This document shows, piece after piece, positions 1 through 9,702 of a stretch of DNA of 64,000 nucleotides. Position 1 is the first letter of the stretch. The number at the start of each line of letters is the position of its first letter. The notes under the pieces are model-generated. The model had not been told where the DNA came from, did not search any database, and was given only the letters and a program-made list of their open reading frames with translations. Made by a program: the position numbers and the translations under genes. The stretch is from an uncultured virus (IMG/VR IMGVR_UViG_3300008117_008405) (Duplodnaviria > Heunggongvirae > Uroviricota > Caudoviricetes), in IMG/VR virus record IMGVR_UViG_3300008117_008405; one strand, given 5' to 3'.

Positions 1-225
1 ACTACATGGGAAAATTGTGTCCTTTCTTGTACGCTTTGTAACTCAATTAAAGGTAATCGTTCACTTCATGAGGTGACTCACGCACGATTTCCACATGGAA
101 TGGCACTCAATAAAACGCCAATCAAGCCGAGGTTGAGAGATTTAAGGATGAATATTTATTATGAATCTTGGAAACAATGGCTAGATTCAGCTTACTGGAA
201 TGTTGAATTAGAGAATCAAAATTAA
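1..225 (+). CDS. HNH endonuclease (McrA-like), 5'-truncated by window edge
   Basis: Frame 1 reads TTWENCVLSCTLCNSIKGNR...SWKQWLDSAYWNVELENQN*; W-x-N-x3-C-x2-C-N-x2-K is the C-terminal half of an HNH motif. Not in the ORF track. Confidence 0.8.
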   Translation, partial: TTWENCVLSCTLCNSIKGNRSLHEVTHARFPHGMALNKTPIKPRLRDLRMNIYYESWKQWLDSAYWNVELENQN

Positions 226-226
226 T

Positions 227-637
227 ATGCACGATCACATGATTGAAGAAATTGTTCCAAAAAATTTTATTTTGGCATGTTTTGCTTACAATAAAATTAA
301 ATTGAAGGATGCAGTTGACTTCAGTCAAAGTTTTAAAAAGTTATTTCCCCAGCCAAATTTTGTTTTGATTGATACCGAAGAAATTAAGGAAGTAAAGTTA
401 GAAGGCATAACAAGGTCTTTGACGAATTCAAGATTTGATTTCGATCCAGCTAAATTCTTTCCGCAGTTAAGAATTAAGACAAAGACTCTAATAGACTGCC
501 CCAAAATTTTATTATTTTACGCATTATCCGAAAAAGATAAGAAGCAATTTGGTGACCTTGGATATTATCTGTGTGATATGAACTCACCGAACTGGAAAGG
601 CAACTTGGAAATTTATGCAAGACAATTTGAAGGGTAA
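227..637 (+). CDS. hypothetical protein
   Basis: 136 aa ORF starting 1 nt after the HNH stop and overlapping the next gene. Confidence 0.6.
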   Translation: MHDHMIEEIVPKNFILACFAYNKIKLKDAVDFSQSFKKLFPQPNFVLIDTEEIKEVKLEGITRSLTNSRFDFDPAKFFPQLRIKTKTLIDCPKILLFYALSEKDKKQFGDLGYYLCDMNSPNWKGNLEIYARQFEG

Positions 638-1391
638 AACATTTAAGTATCAGGCTAGGTTTAGTGTTACAGATTTTTTTGTTGATATTATCATTCCATT
701 TCGTGACGAGAATTCAAGAGTTATTGAATTGTTGCAATCTATTTTTGAAAAAGTAAAAAAACCTAGATGCGAAATATACCTTGTAGATGATGCCTCCAAA
801 AACAAATCATTTATTACGAACTTTACAAAAACTACAGGTGTCCATTTAATTCAGTTTGACAGACCTGTTGGATTTGGGGCAGCAGTTAACGAAGGAATAC
901 GCCAATCCAAATCAAGTGTAGCTTGTGTGATGCATAGCGATACCAAAGTTGTTGAGCCTAATTTTCTTTGGAATTTGTGCAATGATTTTTATAAATTAAG
1001 AAATGAAAACATAGCAACTATCTGTAGTGTAACAAATAATCCTATGAATTCTAGATTGAAATTCTTACAGAAAAACCAATCAGCTGAATTACCTCCAGAA
1101 AAATTTACCGATACCAACTCGCCTTTCATTTGTACTTTAATAAACAAGCAAATTTTTAACATATTAGGCGGTCTCCCGGAATATCCACTTTGTTGGTACG
1201 AACATGAGTTATTTGGAGACAAATGTAGAAAAGCTGGGTTTCCACAATTTTACAGCAACTCTAGCTTTGTATATCATGAGGGCGGGTCAACTATTACTAA
1301 GCTGGTCAATGAAAATAACTCTTACATGGAGTTGCTAAAAAATAACTTGAAGGTTTATGAACAGGACCGTAAAAAATTCTTGGTGAGTTGA
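615..1391 (+). CDS. glycosyltransferase family 2
   Basis: DIIIP, LVDDAS, GFGAAVNEG, HSDT (DxD-like), VYHEGGST motifs of the GT-A fold. Confidence 0.85.
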   Translation: MQDNLKGKTFKYQARFSVTDFFVDIIIPFRDENSRVIELLQSIFEKVKKPRCEIYLVDDASKNKSFITNFTKTTGVHLIQFDRPVGFGAAVNEGIRQSKSSVACVMHSDTKVVEPNFLWNLCNDFYKLRNENIATICSVTNNPMNSRLKFLQKNQSAELPPEKFTDTNSPFICTLINKQIFNILGGLPEYPLCWYEHELFGDKCRKAGFPQFYSNSSFVYHEGGSTITKLVNENNSYMELLKNNLKVYEQDRKKFLVS

Positions 1392-1448
1392 CTATTTTTT
1401 TTGGTCCGGTATTTTAAAACGGGGTTTTAATTCATCAAGGAGGACACA

Positions 1449-2675
1449 ATGATGGACGGAGCTTTGAAGTTAGCTGATAATTTTTATAAAGTTGATATCA
1501 ACAATATAATCATAGAAAAAACTTCCGATGAAATGGACGCAGAGGGACATGCGTCAGATTTGACATTCATCAATCCTCGTTCTTTTACAGAAACATTTGA
1601 GTACTCAGCCAACGGCTGTTCTGTTGAGGAAATAAACGCTCTGAAGAAGTCAATTCAAGAGCGGGGGTTGCTGACGGCGCTCATAGGCAGAATCAAGAAC
1701 AACAAGATTCACCTGATTAATGGTCATAGAAGGTTGCTTGCAATCAAAGAACTGATTGCTGAACAGGCCGATTGTTATGATCAGGCTATTGGGTCCAAGG
1801 TACCTGCCGATGAACTTTACTCCCAAGTGTTTATCCGTTTATATGAAGATATTGATGAGCTTGACTGTTATGTCATGGCATTTGAAGAAGATAAAACCAA
1901 GGTGAAGTTTGGTGCTGGTACTGAATACAAATTTGTTCAATATTGTCGAGAGAAAGAAATTCCCGACAACAAAATCCTTGAAATGACTGGAAATAACCAA
2001 CAATGGCTTGATAATGTCAGGTCTTTACTTGATAAGTTAGCAGAAGATTTTGATATTTTAGATGCTTTGTTTAGCAACAGAATGAATATTTCTGCTGCCA
2101 AGAAGCTGTCTATGTTCGAAACAAGAGCCGAGCGATTAGCTGCTTTCAAAGAAGCTTATACCAAAGCTGAACAAGAAAGCCTAGTTAAAAAGCAAAAACA
2201 AGCTCGAAGTATTATTTCCACAAAAAAGAAGATCGAGAATGCCTTGGCTGAAAAAGCGCAGGCAAGCCATAGTGGAGATGAATCGGCAGAGGAAGCTGCT
2301 GATGCTTTGATCGAAAACTATCGACAGCAAGAGGAAAAGCAGAAAGAAGCAATTAATCATATTGAAACTAGGGTGTCTGGTAGAAATGTTGTTCCTCCTC
2401 CAGCTAAAAGCAACATTGGCAAAAGGAACAGCAAACCTAGCAAATCTTCTGAGAAAGTATCAATTGATGAGCATGGTGTATCCTATACAGATATCGTATC
2501 TAAATGGATTCAGCCCATGGAGAAGATGCTTTTAGAAAAAAATTCAGTAGTCCAGCCAATAGTTTTAGACTTTGCTAAGGAACTGCTGAACGCTGTAATT
2601 GAAAACCAAGAAGATTGTGAGTCTTTCCTGAATAGATGGAATGGTGTCTTTGAGAACAAAGGCTTAGTCATATAA
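1449..2675 (+). CDS. ParB/Srx N-terminal domain protein with coiled-coil C-terminus
   Basis: NPR...LKKSIQERGLL...LINGHRRLLA (GxxR box); SD AGGAGG; upstream TTGACT-N16-TATTTT. Confidence 0.75.
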   Translation: MMDGALKLADNFYKVDINNIIIEKTSDEMDAEGHASDLTFINPRSFTETFEYSANGCSVEEINALKKSIQERGLLTALIGRIKNNKIHLINGHRRLLAIKELIAEQADCYDQAIGSKVPADELYSQVFIRLYEDIDELDCYVMAFEEDKTKVKFGAGTEYKFVQYCREKEIPDNKILEMTGNNQQWLDNVRSLLDKLAEDFDILDALFSNRMNISAAKKLSMFETRAERLAAFKEAYTKAEQESLVKKQKQARSIISTKKKIENALAEKAQASHSGDESAEEAADALIENYRQQEEKQKEAINHIETRVSGRNVVPPPAKSNIGKRNSKPSKSSEKVSIDEHGVSYTDIVSKWIQPMEKMLLEKNSVVQPIVLDFAKELLNAVIENQEDCESFLNRWNGVFENKGLVI

Positions 2676-2686
2676 TTGGTTTTTTT

Positions 2687-2727
2687 GGCAAACAAATGTG
2701 CAGATTTTTTCTGCACATTTGTTTGCC
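2687..2727. repeat. perfect 18-bp inverted repeat
   Basis: GGCAAACAAATGTGCAGA-TTTTT-TCTGCACATTTGTTTGCC just after the ParB-like stop. Confidence 0.9.
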
Positions 2728-2731
2728 GTTG

Positions 2732-2739
2732 TATAAATA
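2732..2739 (+). promoter_or_regulatory. T4-type late promoter box TATAAATA
   Basis: Exact gp55-type consensus a few nt before the next start codon. Confidence 0.55.
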
Positions 2740-2742
2740 ATT

Positions 2743-3030
2743 TTGATGATATCATACTGTCCATTTTGTGCAGATATTTTACCTGAAAGACTTATAGATG
2801 GGTTTATATTGTGCCCAAAATGTAATAAAATAATAGAAAGTTCAAGAAAAAATATACTTTTAGCTGCTTATAAAATCTTGAAAAAAAAGCAATACACCAA
2901 CCTAAAGCAATTCAAATTTGAAATGCAACTTGATGATGCAGACTTTGAAATAATATTAGAAGCGTATGAAATTGATTGCTTAACTTTGCAAGAATTTGAA
3001 AAAAAAATAAAAACCCTTGTCGTTGCCTAA
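2743..3030 (+). CDS. small zinc-ribbon protein
   Basis: CPFC...CPKC pairs. Confidence 0.65.
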   Translation: MMISYCPFCADILPERLIDGFILCPKCNKIIESSRKNILLAAYKILKKKQYTNLKQFKFEMQLDDADFEIILEAYEIDCLTLQEFEKKIKTLVVA

Positions 3031-3045
3031 CAAGGGTTTTTATTT
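3008..3045. terminator. bidirectional intrinsic terminator
   Basis: ATAAAAACCCTTGT...ACAAGGGTTTTTAT hairpin between convergent genes. Confidence 0.65.
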
Positions 3046-3051
3046 TGCTAG

Positions 3052-3258
3052 CTATTCGTATTTTTTGAAGAATTCTGTTTCTGTCTGATTAGACCTTTTT
3101 ATGAGTTCGGTCCTAGTAATTTTATATCGATTGTCTGCATCGATACCTATTCTGACTTTTCTGTTATCATCTATCCTACAAATTGTTATGTTGATAAATG
3201 AGCCATCTGGGCAGCGAATAGTAATTTTTTCATCTTCTTTTCTGGTCAACACAAGCAT
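3052..3258 (-). CDS. csrA: carbon storage regulator CsrA/RsmA
   Basis: MLVLTRKEDEKITI...KVRIGIDA...ITRTEL is the classic CsrA signature; SD GGGAGG. Confidence 0.9.
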   Translation of the reverse strand: MLVLTRKEDEKITIRCPDGSFINITICRIDDNRKVRIGIDADNRYKITRTELIKRSNQTETEFFKKYE

Positions 3259-3380
3259 TGTCAATCCTCCCTTGATTAACCATTTTATTCAAATATTTGA
3301 GCAAGACAAGTTTTTTCTTCAAGTTGCCATTTCGTTGGTGATTTAGTAAATTATTCTAGCAAGTCAAAGGAGGTGTAAAC

Positions 3381-4172
3381 ATGGATGTTGACTATATCAA
3401 GCTGGCAGAAGCAAACAGGCTTATTGCTGCATGTACAGAGAAAATTAAGAGGATCAGGAAAGACAAAAAGAATAAGTTGTTACTCAACGAGCATAATGTT
3501 GGATATCGTTATGGATTCTTCTATTTTGTCAAATTTTTGACAGAAAAACAAAAACTAGCACAAAAGTTTTTAGGTAAATTTTATACAGAAAATAGGGACA
3601 AGATGCTTTATCCGGCATCTGTTGAATCATTTTTAATTAGACAATATGTACCTGCAATATATCATGAGATAGGTAAAAAGAAAGGCAAGATCGATAGTAT
3701 GGCTGAGTTAAAGCAATTCTGCATGGAAGGGTTGCGAAATAGCGTGTGGAAATATACAAGAGAAGATATAAAATTCACAACTTTTGCTATCAATGGAATC
3801 AGAAATAATATTACTATTTATAAAAAACGAGTTTCTAGAGAAAAGAAGGATAGCAAGTGGAGTAAAATCTCCTTATTTAGCGACTGCAATTCTTCTGGTT
3901 CTAGCGGGTCGCTGTTCAAGGATTCTTTTGAAAATTCTATCATAGACCCAAGAATGAATGAGGTAACGATAAGCATTGTTGATTTTTTGCAAACAATTGC
4001 TCCGCAAGCAAAAATTACGGAAAAGCAGATGTTTGAAATTAACAACTTTGTTGCAATAAAGAAAAGCAGGCCTACGGATTTCAGAACTCTCAACATGGCT
4101 AAAAAGAAGATCAAACAGTTCATAGTGGATAATCCGCAAGCAATTCCAGAATTTGCTAGGATAGTAGGATAA
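3381..4172 (+). CDS. sigma-70 region-2-like protein
   Basis: EGLRNSVWKYTREDIKFTTFAINGIRN resembles sigma region 2 (GL..A..+F....FSTYA...I); paralogue of 9703..10560; SD AGGAGG. Confidence 0.55.
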   Translation: MDVDYIKLAEANRLIAACTEKIKRIRKDKKNKLLLNEHNVGYRYGFFYFVKFLTEKQKLAQKFLGKFYTENRDKMLYPASVESFLIRQYVPAIYHEIGKKKGKIDSMAELKQFCMEGLRNSVWKYTREDIKFTTFAINGIRNNITIYKKRVSREKKDSKWSKISLFSDCNSSGSSGSLFKDSFENSIIDPRMNEVTISIVDFLQTIAPQAKITEKQMFEINNFVAIKKSRPTDFRTLNMAKKKIKQFIVDNPQAIPEFARIVG

Positions 4173-4176
4173 AAAA

Positions 4177-4551
4177 ATGAAGCAGATAGGGTTATCCTTT
4201 TCTTACTTGATGAATAAGAAGAATCAGCTGGAGAGCGAGTTGGCAACAATTCATTCTCTTATTGATACTTTCTATCCATGCACAGTTGAGGTGAATACAA
4301 GAAAAGGTCCGGGTCGTCCGAAAGGAGCAAAGAACCCAGACAGCCTTGATAGCACAATTTTAAATGCATTAAAAAGTTCACCTGATGGTTTAACTTTTTC
4401 ATCGATTATGTTGTTTGTTTTAAACTCTGGATATAAGTCGATGGCATCGCAAAAAGTTTTTCGTAGCATGTTGAAATCCAGATTGAGTTGTTTGAAAACA
4501 CAAGGGCTCATCGTAAAGGAAGACAATGATTTAACTTTCAAATTGCGATGA
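4177..4551 (+). CDS. AT-hook plus winged-helix-like DNA-binding protein
   Basis: RKGPGRPKG AT-hook followed by a helical domain ending L..LK..GLI. Confidence 0.55.
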   Translation: MKQIGLSFSYLMNKKNQLESELATIHSLIDTFYPCTVEVNTRKGPGRPKGAKNPDSLDSTILNALKSSPDGLTFSSIMLFVLNSGYKSMASQKVFRSMLKSRLSCLKTQGLIVKEDNDLTFKLR

Positions 4552-4596
4552 ATAAATTTAGTTGCATATGTCAAAGTTACGAATTAAATTTGATTT

Positions 4597-5847
4597 ATGC
4601 AAAAGAGAAAAACAATCAAGAAAGCACCCCCTCGTTGTGCTTTTTGTGGCAAAACAACCAAAGAAGTTGGCTTTCTAATTGAAGGAAATGCTTTAGGCAA
4701 TTCCGTTTGTATATGTTCTGTTTGCCATAATACATGTGAGCATATTTTTACTTACAAATTTGATCGAGAGAAAAAGTCTTTTTCTTCACAGTCTGTTACC
4801 AAGAAATTATCACAAATTGTACCACGGCAGATAAAAGAACATTTAGACCAACATGTAATTGGTCAAAACAATGCGAAGTGTGCGCTAGCTATATCTGTCG
4901 CAAACCATTATAAAAGAATATTTTCCCCTAAAAGCGACAAGTTGTGCCCATTCAAAGATGTAAAGATTGAAAAAAGCAATGTTCTTTTGGTTGGGCCAAC
5001 AGGATCAGGAAAGACTTTACTCATCAAAAAACTAGCAGAATTTCTTGATGTGCCCTTGGCAATAGGAGATGCAACATCATTAACAGAAGCAGGTTATGTC
5101 GGAGAGGATGTTGAAAGCCTTATTACATCACTTTACAGAAACTCAGAATATGATATAAAAAAGACCGAAAAAGGTATAATTTACATCGATGAAATTGATA
5201 AGATAGCAAAAAGTAGGAATAATGTTTCAATAACCAAGGATGTTAGTGGAGAGGGTGTGCAGCAGGGTCTGCTTAAAATCATAGAAGGAACAGTATGTAA
5301 TGTGATGCCTCAAGGGGGCCGTAAACATCCAGAACAAAAGTTTTTGCAGATTGATACATCAAATATACTTTTTATAGTGGGTGGAACATTCGTTGGCTTA
5401 GAAGATATTGTACAAAGAAGAAATGGCCAAAGAATGGGGTTTGGTACGGTTCATAAGGCCGATGAAGAATTGGAAGTCTTGCCAGAAGATTTGGTGTACT
5501 TCGGCATGATTCCAGAGTTCGTGGGTAGATTCCCATTAATTCAGAAGCTAGAAAAGTTGCAAGTTGATGATTTATTGCATGTATTGTTGGAGCCAAAAAA
5601 TTCGTTAGTCAACCAATATAAAAAGTCCTACAAGTATGATGATGTAGATTTGGATTTTGATCGTCTGGCATTAGAAAAGATTGCAAAAATTGCATATGGG
5701 TTCGAAACAGGAGCAAGAGGATTAAAGCAAGTCATCGAAAAAGTTTTGTTTGACTTTAGTTTCAATATAGACAAGTACAAAGGACAGAATTTGAAAATAA
5801 CAGAACAAGATGTTGAAAGAAGTTGGAAAAAAATACTAAAATCATAA
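4597..5847 (+). CDS. clpX: ATP-dependent Clp protease ATP-binding subunit ClpX
   Basis: CAFCGK C4 zinc finger, [50 protein letters not shown]. Confidence 0.95.
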   Translation: MQKRKTIKKAPPRCAFCGKTTKEVGFLIEGNALGNSVCICSVCHNTCEHIFTYKFDREKKSFSSQSVTKKLSQIVPRQIKEHLDQHVIGQNNAKCALAISVANHYKRIFSPKSDKLCPFKDVKIEKSNVLLVGPTGSGKTLLIKKLAEFLDVPLAIGDATSLTEAGYVGEDVESLITSLYRNSEYDIKKTEKGIIYIDEIDKIAKSRNNVSITKDVSGEGVQQGLLKIIEGTVCNVMPQGGRKHPEQKFLQIDTSNILFIVGGTFVGLEDIVQRRNGQRMGFGTVHKADEELEVLPEDLVYFGMIPEFVGRFPLIQKLEKLQVDDLLHVLLEPKNSLVNQYKKSYKYDDVDLDFDRLALEKIAKIAYGFETGARGLKQVIEKVLFDFSFNIDKYKGQNLKITEQDVERSWKKILKS

Positions 5848-5930
5848 ATTTTAGTTGACGCAAATACATCTAAGATAAATAATAATTTTAATATTCAAAC
5901 ATTTGTTTTGAATTTATCTTAGAGGAAAAC

Positions 5931-6842
5931 ATGAGCATATCTGAAATCCAACAAGAGATAAATAAGAAAAATTACAAGTTTTGGCATCTTGACATTTTTG
6001 ATGACAATACGATGATAGATGAAATTACTGGAGAAATGCCAAGCATTCAAGACTTCGATAAAAAGAAAGATCAAATTGACAAGCAAATACAAAAAGTCAC
6101 ACCAGAGCTTAGACAGTTTTATTGTGAGCCTCTGCTTAGCAAAGAACAAGAGTTTTTCATTTTCAGGAAATTCAATTATTTCAAGTACATGTCTTTTAAA
6201 CATTACAAAGCATATGAGTTAGATCAAACATCTGAAAACGAACAAAAAACATTATATTATCATCAAAAATCTATATCATTAAGAAACTTCTTAGTGCGTT
6301 GTAATACACGCTTGGCTGCTAAAGTCTTGAAAAAAAGAAAAGACTACTATGGTGATAATATAAACGATCTTATAAGTGATTGTTTTATCAATATTATTAA
6401 AGCTGTTGATGGCTTTGATTTCAGAAGGGGTTTTAAATTTTCCACCTACTGCATTTGGGTGTTAATGAACAATACTCTCAGAGAGCATGCTTCGGATAAA
6501 AAGTTTTATGAATCTTTCTCAACAAATTTAGATAGTGGTTTTTTCGGTGAAAAAATAGATGAAAATGATTTTAACGCTTCAGTTTCATTTGAAAATGCTG
6601 AAGGAGTTAATACGGACATAAAGAAAATTTTGCAAATCATCAAGGAAAAGGATGAGCGTGAATATTTTGTTCTAGTAAATTGTTTTGGTTTGCTTGGGCA
6701 GAGTAAGAGGACTTTGAAAGAAATAAGTAAAGATTTAAAATTGACCAAGGAGAGAGTAAGGCAAATACGAGAAAATTCAATTAAGTATTTAAAGGCAGAA
6801 ATTATAGGTGGCAAATTAAGTCTATCCGTTGGCAATATATAA
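5931..6842 (+). CDS. RNA polymerase sigma-70 family factor
   Basis: PLLSKEQE, NTRLA, KAVDGFDFRRGFKFSTY (region 2), TLKEISKDLKLTKERVRQI (region 4). Confidence 0.9.
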   Translation: MSISEIQQEINKKNYKFWHLDIFDDNTMIDEITGEMPSIQDFDKKKDQIDKQIQKVTPELRQFYCEPLLSKEQEFFIFRKFNYFKYMSFKHYKAYELDQTSENEQKTLYYHQKSISLRNFLVRCNTRLAAKVLKKRKDYYGDNINDLISDCFINIIKAVDGFDFRRGFKFSTYCIWVLMNNTLREHASDKKFYESFSTNLDSGFFGEKIDENDFNASVSFENAEGVNTDIKKILQIIKEKDEREYFVLVNCFGLLGQSKRTLKEISKDLKLTKERVRQIRENSIKYLKAEIIGGKLSLSVGNI

Positions 6843-6845
6843 GTC

Positions 6846-7604
6846 ATGGATGAAGAAATATTTTTGTCTAAATCTTTTGATGATGGCATCGATACGAAAG
6901 AGTTTCGAAGCTATCTGCTGGATGAATTCAAAAAGGCACAGGAAAATATTCCGTGCGGGCATTTTTTGCCCGATGCTTTGTATATGGCAGACTATATACT
7001 TAGGTATAAAAATACAGACGGAGCGATGGTTGAATTTGGGTGTTATGCTGGTGGCATGACAGCAAAGCTTTCTCATTTGGCTCATCATTTAAATAAAAAA
7101 TATTATGTTTTTGATTCGTTTTGTGGTCTTCTGGAGTCTGCTGAATATGAAACTTATGATCAAAAATATAGTCATCTAGGGAAGTTTCAAAAAGGTCAGT
7201 TTGCATCCACGCTAGAAAACACAAAGTCATATGTCAGTAAGTACGGCAAGATTGATAGTTGCATTTTCGTGCCGGGGATAATTGAGGTAAATATTGAAAA
7301 GTTTGAAGAGAATATTATGTTTGGTTTTATAGATGTTGATTTGATTCCAACTGCAAAACAGATTATAAAAAAAATATGGAATCAAGTTGTCAGTATGGGA
7401 TTATTCACTCATGAGGCATGTATCAAGGATTATATGAAGGAGATTTTGAATTCAAATTTCTGGATGCAGAATTTCAAATGTAAACCACCAGCTTGTTTGA
7501 GTGACTTTGTTAAAAAGCCAAAAAGAATGCATGGTCTTTCTATGGCTGGATGTCTTGATTTTTTGATTAAACAGAATGATGTTACAACTAAGGGGGACTT
7601 ATGA
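6846..7604 (+). CDS. TylF/MycF-type O-methyltransferase
   Basis: GAMVEFGCYAG, VFDSFCGL, FIDVDL motifs. Confidence 0.8.
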   Translation: MDEEIFLSKSFDDGIDTKEFRSYLLDEFKKAQENIPCGHFLPDALYMADYILRYKNTDGAMVEFGCYAGGMTAKLSHLAHHLNKKYYVFDSFCGLLESAEYETYDQKYSHLGKFQKGQFASTLENTKSYVSKYGKIDSCIFVPGIIEVNIEKFEENIMFGFIDVDLIPTAKQIIKKIWNQVVSMGLFTHEACIKDYMKEILNSNFWMQNFKCKPPACLSDFVKKPKRMHGLSMAGCLDFLIKQNDVTTKGDL

Positions 7605-7942
7605 ATTTTTCAGAAGCTACAAATAATAAGCAATCAGAAGATGTTATGGTTTTTTTAAAGAATAGAAAAGCTGGTGCGAAAGAATCAGCATCTAAGGCTA
7701 AGGAGAAAGGTGGAGATGCAATCGTTTCTTACTACCACTTTGCTGCAAAGGATCAGCCATATGCCGAGGTAATTAATACTCTTAAGGAGGAAGGCCTTCA
7801 GCAGGCAAAAAAACTTTGCAAAACTAAGTATAAAGAATTGATGAAAGCAGTTGACTTGGACATGACTCAAAAAGAATATCAGGCAATAGTTGGTAAAATA
7901 GAAGTTTATGGGGAGTGCTATATTAGATTCTTAAGTGAATAA
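7601..7942 (+). CDS. hypothetical protein
   Basis: 113 aa ORF, ATGA overlap with upstream gene, followed by terminator. Confidence 0.65.
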   Translation: MNFSEATNNKQSEDVMVFLKNRKAGAKESASKAKEKGGDAIVSYYHFAAKDQPYAEVINTLKEEGLQQAKKLCKTKYKELMKAVDLDMTQKEYQAIVGKIEVYGECYIRFLSE

Positions 7943-7980
7943 AAAAAATAAGACCCTCATAGTGAGGGTCTTATTTTTTA
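7941..7980. terminator. bidirectional intrinsic terminator
   Basis: AAAAAATAAGACCCTCA-TAG-TGAGGGTCTTATTTTTT between convergent genes. Confidence 0.85.
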
Positions 7981-7998
7981 AATTTTAAAATATTTTTT

Positions 7999-8310
7999 TT
8001 ATTTACACTTACATCCCTTGCAAGAGCAGTTTTTGCAATCACATAATTTGCAATCTGTTTTGCAACCGGAGCATTTGCACTCACACATATTTTTACCCTC
8101 TCTTAATAGAACGAACTCACCGAACGACAAAAATCCTTCCCCGAATCTCTCAGGGAGCTTTTTGTGTTTTGTCTTAGCAAAATCTTTAACAGCTTTTTTA
8201 CTCATAGATTTTGCTACTTGTTTTATTTTTTTGCTCAGGCAAACGCCTGTGTCTTGGCATTTTTTTACAGCCCCGAAAAATCTTTGTTGTGATTTGGATA
8301 CGCTTGGCAT
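7999..8310 (-). CDS. small basic protein (DUF3008-like N-terminus) with metallothionein-like Cys-rich tail
   Basis: MPSVSKSQQRFFG...DFAKTKHKKLPE, then CECKCSGCKTDCKLCDCKNCSCKGCKCK; TAAATA 4 nt before ATG. Confidence 0.7.
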   Translation of the reverse strand: MPSVSKSQQRFFGAVKKCQDTGVCLSKKIKQVAKSMSKKAVKDFAKTKHKKLPERFGEGFLSFGEFVLLREGKNMCECKCSGCKTDCKLCDCKNCSCKGCKCK

Positions 8311-8396
8311 ACTTTATTTATTGTAACTATGTGGTTTTTTCTTGACTTTTTTATCATGGATGATAATATTTTGACTATGATTCATGGAGGATTGTC

Positions 8397-8657
8397 ATGC
8401 CTAAATCAATCAACGCTAAGTTTGGTAGAACAGAAATTTCTGAGCTTTTCCTAATCAAAAAATGTGACGGAAGTATTGCTGGCTTTGGGGATACTGTTTG
8501 GAAAATTTTAAATGTCAATACTTTAAAACTAGTTTGTTACATCAACGAACATAGAAATCTCTATTTTACTTGTCCAATTCATTATGATACTATGGCAACA
8601 CTTTTAAATTTTATTGAGGAATACAACTTAGGAAATGTGTCTTCAAAAGTTGTGTAA
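8397..8657 (+). CDS. hypothetical protein
   Basis: SD GGGAGG; TTGACT -35 element upstream. Confidence 0.6.
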   Translation: MPKSINAKFGRTEISELFLIKKCDGSIAGFGDTVWKILNVNTLKLVCYINEHRNLYFTCPIHYDTMATLLNFIEEYNLGNVSSKVV

Positions 8658-8658
8658 T

Positions 8659-9408
8659 TCAAACCTTTTTGTAAAACACATGTGATGGCCTTACCCATGT
8701 TTTATAGTTCACCATGTTTTTAAAAGCATCAGCCATATATTCGGCGGTTAAAAGGCTAATAGTTTCATCTTCTCTAAGTTCTTTTATAATTTCCATTTGA
8801 AAAGAATGTATCTTTATATCTGGGTAGTGTCTGACCCAAAGTTGGTTCATGTTGTTATGGCCAAATCCAGAATACATGCTACCCGGAGCGCTGTCGTAGC
8901 ATTTCATACCATTTTGGTGAAGCATATAAATGACATATTCTTTTAAAGAAAGCGGGCAACTAAAGCTGTTATAATTTTTGCCTGCGCCATTTCCAAAAAT
9001 CATGTCTAGATTCTTTTCGTTCGTAATCTGTCTGATCTGGTTAGCAATCCCATGTATCCAGACTACAATACAAATTCCATTTCTTTTTGCTATCGTGTTT
9101 GCAGTTCTTAAGACGGGGTATAGAAATTCGTCTGCCACAACATCTCTCATGTGTGAAACATTGTTGCAATTAGCTTTGTCTTTATCGATGTCTAAGCGTT
9201 CTGATTTTTGCCATCCATGATTAATAATGGCGTTGCAATTTAGTACGCTGGCTATTCTTTCTGTTATGATATCAGTATTGTAATCGTCTCCATGGTATCC
9301 ATGAGGTGCGATCAATAAATATGGTTTGGAACCATACTGGATTGTGACTCTTGACTTTTCCATATGATATTTTAGTCTTGTTGAGGCACTATTATATAGA
9401 ATTTCCAA
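8659..9408 (-). CDS. Zn-dependent hydrolase, N-formylglutamate amidohydrolase/exopeptidase-like fold
   Basis: LLIAPHG...D..T, ANCN, VWIHG, FQMEI pattern; start uncertain. Confidence 0.5.
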   Translation of the reverse strand: MEILYNSASTRLKYHMEKSRVTIQYGSKPYLLIAPHGYHGDDYNTDIITERIASVLNCNAIINHGWQKSERLDIDKDKANCNNVSHMRDVVADEFLYPVLRTANTIAKRNGICIVVWIHGIANQIRQITNEKNLDMIFGNGAGKNYNSFSCPLSLKEYVIYMLHQNGMKCYDSAPGSMYSGFGHNNMNQLWVRHYPDIKIHSFQMEIIKELREDETISLLTAEYMADAFKNMVNYKTWVRPSHVFYKKV

Positions 9409-9459
9409 GATATTTCTTTGCGTAGAGCGTAAATAGCAAATTGGAGGTAATACTTTTAT

Positions 9460-9594
9460 ATGAAATCAAAGTCTTCTAGAATCAAAACTATCGATCTTCG
9501 CAAGGCCAAGCCAGCGGAGGTATTCAACATTCTTCGTGCTATTATGGATTTAAGGCATGAAAAAATTAAAGTCAAAGTTCGTAAAGTACAGTAG
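9460..9594 (+). CDS. 44-aa basic protein
   Basis: MKSKSSRIKTIDLRKAK...; SD GGAGG and TAAATA (9430-9435) upstream; below ORF-track cutoff. Confidence 0.55.
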   Translation: MKSKSSRIKTIDLRKAKPAEVFNILRAIMDLRHEKIKVKVRKVQ

Positions 9595-9634
9595 CCAATC
9601 CGGCGAAACCATTCTTAGCTGCTATTAACATAGG

Positions 9635-9663
9635 TTGACATAGGCCTTAACAGGCTCTATGGT
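9635..9663 (+). promoter_or_regulatory. sigma-70-type promoter
   Basis: TTGACA-N17-TATGGT. Confidence 0.55.
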
Positions 9664-9702
9664 AATTCGGTGTTATCAATAGTAATTATGGAGGATATAT
9701 TA

